From a bacterium (lineage in GTDB: Bacteria > UBA8248): a stretch of DNA of 64,000 bases. Within the stretch, counting starts at the first letter, position 1; every line of letters starts with the position of its first letter. Made by a program: the position numbers and the translations under genes. The stretch spans positions 512,001 to 576,000 of the forward strand of contig OZ241996.1 of the NCBI GenBank assembly GCA_965204535.1, written 5' to 3'. The notes under the pieces were generated by a model that was given only the letters and a program-made list of their open reading frames with translations, was not told the origin of the DNA and did not search any database. Positions 19,779-28,500 of this stretch are shown here, piece by piece.

Positions 19779-20549
19779 TTGAGCGAGACGACCTACAACC
19801 TCTACGCCCTGTGCCAGGGCTCGCGCACGTGCGACGCCTCCTGGCTTCTTTACTTGAGCGAATCGGGGCGGACGCGCACGCTCCCCTATTTCTTCTGGGT
19901 GCTGATGCCCGAAGGCGAGGGCGCGCCGGTCGTCATCGACACCGGCTTCAGCGAGGAGTCCCAGAAGGCGCGCAATCCCGATTACGCCGACTACCGCCCG
20001 CAGCATGAGTTGCTCAGGAATTTCGATCTCAAGCCCTCCCAAGTCGAGACGCTCATCGTGAGCCACCTGCACTGGGACCACTTCATGTCGCCGAGGCTGT
20101 TCACCGGGGCGCAGTTCTATCTCCAGAAAAGAGAGCTCGATTTCTGGCGGAGCGACGCGGCGGAATACCACTTCATCAACCATTTCCTGGGCGACCTCGA
20201 AGAAGCGGAGAAGCTGCTTGAAGCAGGCCGTATGAAACTCGTGGACGGGGAGGCGGAGATCGCCGACGGCGTGCGCGTCCACTGGACGGGCGGCCACACG
20301 CCGGGCCACCAGATCATCCGCTTCCGAACGGCGCGCGGCTGGGCGGTGCTGGCCGTGGACGCGTGCTATCTCTACCGGAGCCTCGAATCCATGATACCCC
20401 CTGGCATCCACATCCACGTTGACGACGCCCTGCGCGCCCTCGAGACCGTGAAGGACCTGGCCGACGCCCCCGACCTCATCTTCGCCGGACACGACGAGAC
20501 GGACCTGAGAAGGGAGGAGGTGTATCCGGGGGTGAGGATGTTTGTGTAG
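19779..20549 (+). CDS. Metallo-beta-lactamase fold hydrolase, N-acyl homoserine lactonase-like family
   Basis: IDTG, SHLHWDH, GGHTPGH, AVDA, AGHD; AAGGAGG RBS before TTG. Confidence 0.88.
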   Translation: MSETTYNLYALCQGSRTCDASWLLYLSESGRTRTLPYFFWVLMPEGEGAPVVIDTGFSEESQKARNPDYADYRPQHELLRNFDLKPSQVETLIVSHLHWDHFMSPRLFTGAQFYLQKRELDFWRSDAAEYHFINHFLGDLEEAEKLLEAGRMKLVDGEAEIADGVRVHWTGGHTPGHQIIRFRTARGWAVLAVDACYLYRSLESMIPPGIHIHVDDALRALETVKDLADAPDLIFAGHDETDLRREEVYPGVRMFV

Positions 20550-20587
20550 GGGAGTGGTTGTAAGGGCGGACCGATGTGTCCGCCCGT

Positions 20588-20815
20588 TCGGCTGTCGAAA
20601 AAGCTCTCCTTCTCGGGGGACAAAGGCAACCCCCCCTACCCCCCCTTGTCAGGGGGGCATGAAAGAGCAAACCTCCTCCACCCGGTGACGGGTATGAAAA
20701 AGCGAACCCCCCTCGACGGGCGTCGGGCGTCGGCCTTTTTTACCCCCCTGACAAGGGGGGGTAGGGGGGGTTGCCTTTATGGGGTTTTCCTTTCAGGGAC
20801 TTTTTCAACAACCCC
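20588..20815. mobile_element. MITE-like element with IS1182-type ends (C/G-run hairpin interior)
   Basis: GGCTGTCGAAAAA ... TTTTTCAACAACCCC; another left-type end at 20850. Confidence 0.65.
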
Positions 20816-20892
20816 TTAACAGGGGGGTAAAGGCGATGCTCCCCGCCGAGGGGGTGTTGAAAAATCCCTCCTCGCTCGGAGTTGACCACCAA

Positions 20893-21032
20893 CGTCATTC
20901 CGGCGAAAGCCGGAATCCAGAGCGTATGAGTTTGGATGCACGCAGCGTTTTATACCTTGCTATCGGCATGAGCGGCGTCAGGAAAAAAACAAAGGCGAAA
21001 CAAATGGATTCCGGCTCAAGGCCGGAATGACG
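20893..21032. repeat. Inverted pair of CGTCATTCCGGC-N4-GCCGGAATCCAG palindromes
   Basis: Same pair at 13116-13256, 50897-50974 and 55380-55512. Confidence 0.8.
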
Positions 21033-21259
21033 GTAACCTGACAGGAATAACGTCAATCTTGAAGAAGCGATGGGCGGCTCGCGAGCCGCCCCTGCAGAAT
21101 CTTTATCCTCTTGCGCCAACGGGCGGACACGCCGGTCCGCCCCTACGGGAATCAATTTGCGCCTGCTCCGTCTGACCTTGCAGTCGCCTCAGCCTGCGGC
21201 CACAATGCGCCCTCACGGCCATACACGAATCCAAACCCAAACACCAACAAGGAGACGCC

Positions 21260-22255
21260 ATGAAGAAGCCCTCCATCACTATCGTGACGACTGGCGGGAC
21301 GATATCGTCGAAATACGACACGCGAGGCAGCGGGAACGTGCCGGCGGCGGGTGCGGAGGAACTCATCGCTTCGGTGCCCGAGCTTGCCGGTGTCGCCGAA
21401 GTAAGCGTGGTCGAGCACTCGAACGTCACCAGCGACGTGATGGAGACGGCCACGGCGTTTGCGCTGCGCGACCGCCTGCGCGGGGTTCTGGCGGATGAGC
21501 AGACGGCGGGGGCGGTCGTCACGCATGGGACGGCCACCATGGAGGAGACGGCCTATCTCCTGGACCTGACGCTCGGCGGGGAGAAGCCCGTCGTGATAAC
21601 CGGCGCGATGCGAAATTCCGTCGCCCGCGACGCGGACGGCCCCCGGAACATCTTCTACGCCGCGAAAATCGCCGCTGAGCCCGAGGCGCGGGGCCGAGGC
21701 GTGATGGTCGCGCTGGACGGGGAGATATTCGCCGCGCGCGACGTCATCAAGGTGCACAGCCAGCGGCCCCATGCGTTCGCGTCGAGAGACGGCGGGCCGA
21801 TAGGGGTCGTCTCGGATGCGGGCGCCTTCTTCCACTACCGCCCCGAGCGGCGGCTTCACTTCGAGGTGTCGGCCCTCAAGGAAAACGTGCAGTTCCTGAC
21901 CGTGACGCAAGGGGTGAACGACCTGCTCGTGCGCGCGTGCATCGCTGAGCGCGTAGACGGAATCGTGGTGGAGGGCGTGGGCGCGGGCAACGTGAACGTC
22001 CCCTTCTACCGCGCGCTTTGCGATGCGCTCGACGCCGGCATCCCCGTGGTGGTCGGCGTGCGCATCTTCGCGGGCGCGCCGCACCGCGCCAAGGCGCACG
22101 AGGGCTCGTTCCTGAGCCTGATCGAGCGCGGGGCGATATCCGCGGGCTATCTGAGCGGGGTCAAGGCCCGGACCCTGCTCATGGTCGCCCTAGCGCATAC
22201 GGAGGACCTCAAGGAGCTCCGCGATATCTTCGAGCAAGCCGGGGGGAGGGGGTAG
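21260..22255 (+). CDS. L-asparaginase
   Basis: TTGGTIS, THGTATMEET, TGAMR, GAGN. Confidence 0.92.
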   Translation: MKKPSITIVTTGGTISSKYDTRGSGNVPAAGAEELIASVPELAGVAEVSVVEHSNVTSDVMETATAFALRDRLRGVLADEQTAGAVVTHGTATMEETAYLLDLTLGGEKPVVITGAMRNSVARDADGPRNIFYAAKIAAEPEARGRGVMVALDGEIFAARDVIKVHSQRPHAFASRDGGPIGVVSDAGAFFHYRPERRLHFEVSALKENVQFLTVTQGVNDLLVRACIAERVDGIVVEGVGAGNVNVPFYRALCDALDAGIPVVVGVRIFAGAPHRAKAHEGSFLSLIERGAISAGYLSGVKARTLLMVALAHTEDLKELRDIFEQAGGRG

Positions 22256-22283
22256 GGGGGAAGAACCTTTCGTCGTCTACTTC

Positions 22284-22373
22284 GCCGAAGCCCCCGACCT
22301 CATCTTCGCCGGCCACGACGAGACGGATTTGAGAAGGGAGGAGGTGTATCCGGGGGTGAGGTTGTTTGTGTAG
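22284..22373 (+). repeat. Copy of the last 90 nt of the MBL hydrolase gene (20460-20549)
   Basis: 85/90 identical by manual alignment, including the stop codon. Confidence 0.92.
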
Positions 22374-22407
22374 CTAGAATGGGCAGGCGATAATTATACG
22401 AAAGCGC

Positions 22408-22436
22408 TTGACGAAAAAATAAATGCCCGTTAGTAT
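22408..22436 (+). promoter_or_regulatory. Sigma70-like promoter for the type II RM genes
   Basis: TTGACG-N17-TAGTAT about 40 nt before the MTase start. Confidence 0.6.
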
Positions 22437-22477
22437 GGGATAAAGAATTATTCCAGGCCCGCAAGAGACCCCCGAAT

Positions 22478-23980
22478 ATGAGTAAGGGGAACGACAGAAA
22501 TGGTGGGTATCTCTCCTGCGACGCCAATGGCGCTAAGCAGAAGGGAGCTTACTATACCCCTGACCCGGTAGTACGTAGTCTGCTCAGTTGGGCTGTCAGG
22601 AATCCTGATGATCGTCTTCTGGATCCATCTTGCGGGGATGGGCGCTTCATCGCCGGCCATCCCAACAGTGTCGGTATCGAATTGGACCCGTCTGCGACTC
22701 CCGTCGCCATACATCGCGCGCCTCATGCGATGGTTCATGAGGGTGATTTTTTTGCATGGGCGAGCAACACCGAAGAGCGTTTCGAATGCGCCGCCGGGAA
22801 TCCCCCTTTCATCCGTTATCAGCGATTCAAAGGCGTTCAACGTCAAAGGGCCATAGCTCTTTGCGCCGAGCTAGGTGCCACCTTCTCGAGGCTGACCTCT
22901 TCCTGGCCGCTTTTCCTGGTTGTTACGGCCCACCTCCTGCATCAGGGCGGACGCATGGCCTTCGTTGTTCCGGCGGAAATAGGACATGCGCCATATAGTG
23001 CTCCGCTGATCGAATATCTGATAGAGCGTTTCGACCACCTGCAAATCGTCGCAGTTCGAAAAAAGCTTTTCCCCGAGCTATCGGAAGATTGCTGGCTGCT
23101 CTACGCTGACGGTAAGGGTGGCTCCACTAGCCATATAAAACTTAGTGCTCAGGAACGGTTTACCTTCAGTGAAATGCCGCCGACTGAAACAACGAATGTA
23201 AGTGTGGAAACTTGGCGCAACTCGTGGAACAAGCGCCTGCGGCCTTTTCTGTTGCCCGTAGCGGCCCGAAATCTATACGGACGACTCGCTTCAGACGAGA
23301 ACAGCTTACGATTTCGTGAATTCGCGCAAGTCAATATCGGCTATGTTTCAGGGGCGAACGACTTTTTCCACCTGCGCCCGTCCGAGGTCGAGAGACTTCA
23401 AATCCCGAGCGATTGTTTGCAAACGACGGTGCGAAACGCACGTTCTTTGCCGCCTGTGCAGGTCAATCCATCCGCAGTCAGCCGCTGGCTCCGAGAGGAT
23501 CAGAAAACGCTACTATTACGCCTGAGAAAAGAGCAAAAACTTCCCCAAACCGTTCTGGCATACCTGCGCACTTCGCAAGCTACGCAAGCTGCCGAGGCAT
23601 TCAAATGTCGAACGCGCAATCCCTGGTACGTAGTCCCGGACGTCAAGATTCCCGATTTCTTCCTTAGCTATATGTCCGGCCGACGGGTCTCTTTCGTGCG
23701 GAATGCGGCGCGTTGCGCGTGCACGAATTCACTACATGCAGTGCTGCTAAAGGACAAATCGATGCTGCCACGCATTCAAGCGGCGTTTCGTTCGGGGGTC
23801 TTCCAGTTCAGCTGCGAAATAGAAGGTCATCCGTTGGGTGGAGGCATGTTAAAGCTGGAGCCCCGGGAGGCGGGCAATATCCTGGTCCCGTCCGAAACGG
23901 CGCTTTCAGAGGATGTAAAGAAGGTAGTTCAAGACGGCATAACGGCGCTTCAGGCCTGGAGGCATTATGAAGCGGCTTGA
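22478..23980 (+). CDS. Type II N6-adenine DNA methyltransferase (gamma class)
   Basis: GAYYTP, LDPSCGDG, GNPPF, GGGMLKLEP. Confidence 0.9.
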   Translation: MSKGNDRNGGYLSCDANGAKQKGAYYTPDPVVRSLLSWAVRNPDDRLLDPSCGDGRFIAGHPNSVGIELDPSATPVAIHRAPHAMVHEGDFFAWASNTEERFECAAGNPPFIRYQRFKGVQRQRAIALCAELGATFSRLTSSWPLFLVVTAHLLHQGGRMAFVVPAEIGHAPYSAPLIEYLIERFDHLQIVAVRKKLFPELSEDCWLLYADGKGGSTSHIKLSAQERFTFSEMPPTETTNVSVETWRNSWNKRLRPFLLPVAARNLYGRLASDENSLRFREFAQVNIGYVSGANDFFHLRPSEVERLQIPSDCLQTTVRNARSLPPVQVNPSAVSRWLREDQKTLLLRLRKEQKLPQTVLAYLRTSQATQAAEAFKCRTRNPWYVVPDVKIPDFFLSYMSGRRVSFVRNAARCACTNSLHAVLLKDKSMLPRIQAAFRSGVFQFSCEIEGHPLGGGMLKLEPREAGNILVPSETALSEDVKKVVQDGITALQAWRHYEAA

Positions 23981-24872
23981 AGATTTCACGGAGAAGGATT
24001 GGAAAGTCTGCCACTGGCTCGGAGCCAAAGAGACCTTCCATCACCTCGCTACATCCAAAGAAAAAACGCAAAGTCAACACATCGTCAAGCCGCTCCATTG
24101 GTATATCGCCTGCCGTCTGGTCATTGAAGGCGGGTTTCAACCCGATGAAATAAAGCCCCATCCGCCGTTCCAGGTTGTAAAGAAGGGCACAAGCTATCTC
24201 TTGCGCTTCGATTCGAATGCGGCAAGCGGTGAAGAGGCGACTGTATTAGGTGGTCTGAAAACCAAAGATATAGACGTAGTCGTGGAAAAACCCGGTATTG
24301 GTCCTGCCATTGCTATCTCCTGTAAAACCACCGGGAAGGCGTTTCGCAATCTCACCAATCGAATGGAAGAAGCGGTTGGTGAGTGTACAAACTTGCACAT
24401 GACCTACGCTGCGCTCGTAATCGGATTCTTCTCGGTGCTTCGAGCGCATCGCGCCGGGAGCGACCCTGAGTTCCATGTCAACGACGTTGCCCTCCAGGAA
24501 GACGGAAATCCGGTGGACGGTATCGTCCGCTACCACGAAGCATTCAAACAACTACAAGGACGCGGCGACTTACGTGATTCAATCAGTAAATACGAAGCGA
24601 TCAGCCTCGCTTTGGTGGAAACGAGCGGTCCGAATACCGGAAAGTTGCTCGATACCTTCCCGCCAATGGGAAGCCCTTTACGCTTCGAACGATTCTTTGA
24701 GACGATTTACAAACGGTATGATGAGCGGTTTGTATTTGCGGCGCCTATTTTAGCCAGACGCAACGTAACACCCCGGATTGAATGGGACTCGAATTCGCCT
24801 TTATTCAACGGCGACTTGCTGATGCAACTCGGAGAAGTACCCCAACTCGATTACGAACCTCGCACTTCTTAG
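23967..24872 (+). CDS. Putative type II restriction endonuclease, PaeR7I/XhoI-like
   Basis: KDIDVVV...AISCK...FRNLTNRMEEAVG; overlaps the MTase stop. Confidence 0.7.
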   Translation: MKRLEDFTEKDWKVCHWLGAKETFHHLATSKEKTQSQHIVKPLHWYIACRLVIEGGFQPDEIKPHPPFQVVKKGTSYLLRFDSNAASGEEATVLGGLKTKDIDVVVEKPGIGPAIAISCKTTGKAFRNLTNRMEEAVGECTNLHMTYAALVIGFFSVLRAHRAGSDPEFHVNDVALQEDGNPVDGIVRYHEAFKQLQGRGDLRDSISKYEAISLALVETSGPNTGKLLDTFPPMGSPLRFERFFETIYKRYDERFVFAAPILARRNVTPRIEWDSNSPLFNGDLLMQLGEVPQLDYEPRTS

Positions 24873-24936
24873 AGGTAATGCCTTTTTCACTCATGCCATC
24901 AGAGCCAGGCCCTCTCCGCTCGGTTGATAGCGACGC

Positions 24937-25036
24937 CGGAATCAAAGCGCGGACTTTGCTCATGGTCGCACTGGTGCATATGCAGGACCCCGAGGAACTC
25001 TGCGATATCTTCGAGCAGGCCGGGGGGCGGGGGTGA
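24937..25036 (+). repeat. Diverged copy of the last 100 nt of the asparaginase gene (22156-22255)
   Basis: Translates GIKARTLLMVALVHMQDPEELCDIFEQAGGRG* versus GVKARTLLMVALAHTEDLKELRDIFEQAGGRG*. Confidence 0.9.
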
Positions 25037-25066
25037 GGGGGGAGAGCAGAGAGAGGTGTGAGGGTA

Positions 25067-25245
25067 TGTAGGGGCGGACCGGCGTGTCCGCCCTGTCGGC
25101 TCCGCGGGTCTTGCCTAACTTGTAGGGGCGGCTCGCGAGCCGCCTTGTAATTCAAGGCGCATTCTCATCCGTAGGGGACGGCCTCCGTGCTGTCCCACCC
25201 CCCGGCGTCGTCTCAGATGTAGGGACACATACGTGTGTCCCTCTC
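25067..25245. repeat. Cluster of four GTAGGG-headed REP-like hairpins with different stems
   Basis: GTAGGGGCGGACC..., GTAGGGGCGGCTCGCGAGCCGCC, GTAGGGGACGG..., GTAGGGACACA... Confidence 0.75.
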
Positions 25246-25293
25246 GGTCCCAAAACGCCCAAACAATCTCCCTTCCCGATCGTGAATGTTCTT

Positions 25294-25359
25294 GCCGGGC
25301 GCGACGAGACGGATTTGAGAAGGGAGGAGGCGTTTCCGGGGGTGAGGGGGTTTGTGTGA
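25294..25359 (+). repeat. Third, more eroded copy of the MBL hydrolase 3' tail
   Basis: CGACGAGACGGATTTGAGAAGGGAGGAGG...TTTGTGT; shares the GATTTG variant with the 22284 copy. Confidence 0.88.
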
Positions 25360-25516
25360 GGTCAATCCCGACCGGGGGGGAGAGTTCTCTTGATCCGTTC
25401 GACCCTCAAAAGATAGACTTCCGCAACATTCAGGCTCGTGTTTATTTGCATTTGCTTCCGTAGGGGCCGCTCGCGAGCGGCCCGCCTGTGTCGTGTGAGT
25501 TTCGGGAGGAAGAGAG

Positions 25517-28500
25517 TTGAGCGTCAGTTTTCACGAAATGCTGGATCAGATTCGCGCCGTCTCCGATTCGGAGCGCGAGAAGGGTGGCCGCTTCGAGCGG
25601 GTGATGAAAAAGTTTTTCGCCGAAGACCCCTTGTATAAGGAGCGCTTCTCAAACGTATGGCTCTGGTCTGAATGGGCGGCCCGGCATTCGGGCTTTGACG
25701 GAAGCGATACGGGGGTCGACCTCGTGGCCGAAGAGAGCGAAGGCGGCTATTGCGCCATACAGTGCAAGTGCTATGCGCCCGACACGCGAATCTCGAAACC
25801 GGATATCGACTCGTTCATATCCGCTTCCGCCCGCGACCCATTCACCGCCCGCATCGTGGTGGATACCGGCCATCCGTGGGGGCCGAACGCCAAGAAGACC
25901 ATCGCCGGGCTCAAGCCCAAGTGCGACAGGCTTTGCCTGGACGATCTGATCCATCGGTGTTTCGACTGGCCCGATCTGGTTCACGAAGAACCCGAAGACC
26001 TGCGTTATCGGCCCGAGACGTTCCGCCTGCGTCCGCATCAACGCGAAGCGTTCGACGATTGCATGGCGCGTTTTCGAGAGCATGATCGCGGCAAGCTCAT
26101 CATGGCGTGCGGCACGGGCAAGACTTTTACCGCGCTCCGCATCGCCGAGGCCGTCGCGGGCGTCGGCGGACGGGTGCTCTATCTCGTGCCTTCGATTTCG
26201 CTGTTCGCCCAATCTATGCGGGAATGGGCGACGCAAAAGGATATTCGCCACCGTTATATCGGTATCTGTTCGGATACGCGCGCCGGAAAAAGGGACGAGG
26301 ACGCCTCGCTGGAAGAGCTTGAAATTCCCGTTACCACCGAGCCGTCTAAAATTTCAAAAGCCTTACAACTGGCGGGAGCGCGCGCGATGACGGTGGTTTT
26401 CTGCACATATCATTCGCTTCCCCTCGTGGAGGATGCCCAAAAAGAGGGTGCGCCGCCGTTTGACTTAATCCTTTGCGACGAGGCGCACAGGACGACTGGA
26501 ATCGAGCGGCCCGAAGACGAGAAAACCTCGCCTTTCGTGCTCGTTCACGATGGCGAAAAAATCAAGGCTGAAAAGCGCCTCTACATGACGGCCACGCCGC
26601 GCCTTTATACAGCAAGCGCCAAGGAAAAAGCGGCGCGCCACGAGGTCGAGGTATTCTCGATGGACGATGAGGCGACCTACGGGCCGGAGTTCCACCGTCT
26701 TCATTTCTCGCGGGCGGTCGAGCAGGATCTACTCTCCGATTATAAGGTTGTGGTTCTGGGCGTATATGAGCAGCAGGCCGACGTGATGCTGACCCGGCAT
26801 CTGGCATCGAAGGACAGCGATATCCCCATTCCAGACGCGGCGAAGGTGGTCGGCTGCTGGCGCGCGCTGCAAAACCCGGAGAACAAGGGGAAGGACGAGG
26901 GGTCGATCCGCCCCCTCAAGCGCGCCATCGCGTTCACGAATACGATCGAATCCTCGCAGCGGCTGGAAGCGCATTGGGAGGATCTCATCACGCAGGAACG
27001 CGACAGGCTGCCGGAGGAAGAACGAGCGGACGCATTGCAATGCAAGACACGCCACGTCGACGGGCAGCAAAACGCGCTGGATCGGAAAAACAGCATCGAC
27101 TGGCTCAAGGGTGATTCCGAAGAAGAGAACGGAGCCTGCCGGATTCTCTCGAACGCGAGGTGTCTGTCCGAGGGCATCGACGTGCCCGCCCTCGACGCGG
27201 TGCTCTTCATGAGTCCGCGAAACTCGCACGTAGACATCGTTCAGGCCGTGGGCCGTGCCATGCGCAAGGCCGAGGGCAAGGAATACGGTTACATCATCTT
27301 GCCGATAGCTGTGCCTGCGGGCGTAGATCCGGCTCGCGCCCTCGACCGCAACGAGCAGTTTGAGGTCGTCTGGAGCGTGCTCCGCGCTCTTCGCTCGCAC
27401 GACGACAGGCTCGACGCGGAGATCAACAAGATAGACCTCAACAAGGCGCTCCCTGAAGGCATCATCATCTTCGACGGAGAGGGGAGCGAAAAGGTGGATG
27501 TCTCCGAACTGCCTTTTCCACCTGTCGAACTGCCGCCCGGCGCGATGTTCGCCAAGATCGTGGATAAATGCGGGGACAGGAAATACTGGCAAAGCTGGGC
27601 GGAGGACGTGGCGGATATCTTCACCCGGCTGGTCGAGCGAATCGGGAACCTGCTGAAGAGTCCTGAAAACGTAACCCTTCGTGAGTGGTTCGGCGATTTC
27701 CACGAAGAGTTGAAAATCTCCATCAATGAATCCATCACCCGCGAGAGCGCTGTAGACATGATGGCCCAGCATATTCTCACGCGGCCCGTTTTTGAGGCGC
27801 TCTTCGAGGGCTACGATTTCGCCGCGGGCAACCCGGTGTCGCAGGCGCTGGACAGGCTGCGGGCGGACTTCGTCGAATTCGGTCTTGAAAACGAGATTCG
27901 GGACATGGAGCCTTTCTACGAGAGTGTCCGCAACCGCGCGCGCGGCCTCGACAACTCTGAAGCCCGCCAGCGTGTGCTCATGGAGCTTTACGAGAATTTC
28001 TTCGCCACCGCCATGAAAAAGGACGCAGACAGGCTGGGGATCGTCTATACGCCGCCCGAGGTGGTGGATTTCATCCTGCACAGCGCCGATCACGTATTAC
28101 AGGAGGAGTTCGGGCGCAGCCTGAGCGAAGAGGGTGTGCACTTGCTCGACCCGTTCACGGGCACGGGCATCTTTCTCGTGCGGCTTATTCAATCGGCTCT
28201 TATTCACGATGCCGATCTATTGAGGAAATACCGCGAAGAGTTACACGCCAACGAGATCATACTGCTCGCCTACTACATCGCGGCGATTCACATCGAAGAG
28301 GCGTTCCATGGCCGCCTCGGTCCCGAAACCGAGTATGAACCTTTTGACGGTATTGTATTAACTGACACCTTTAATCTGCATACCGAGAAAACGGGTTTTC
28401 CGAAAACATGGCTCCCGGATAACAGCGCGCGGGTGGAGCGCCAGCAGAAATCGCCGATTCAAGTGGTCGTCGGCAATCCTCCTTGGTCGGTTGGGCAGAG

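Noticed and set aside
19490-19782. Small ORFs in intergenic repeat regions (also 12960-13370, 20574-21155, 53413-53869, 55074-55802)
   Set aside because: They are translations of the palindromic repeats, not credible genes
25067-25245. Regularly spaced GTAGGG units as a CRISPR array
   Set aside because: The units share only the head, the stems differ, and there are no cas genes; REP-like instead
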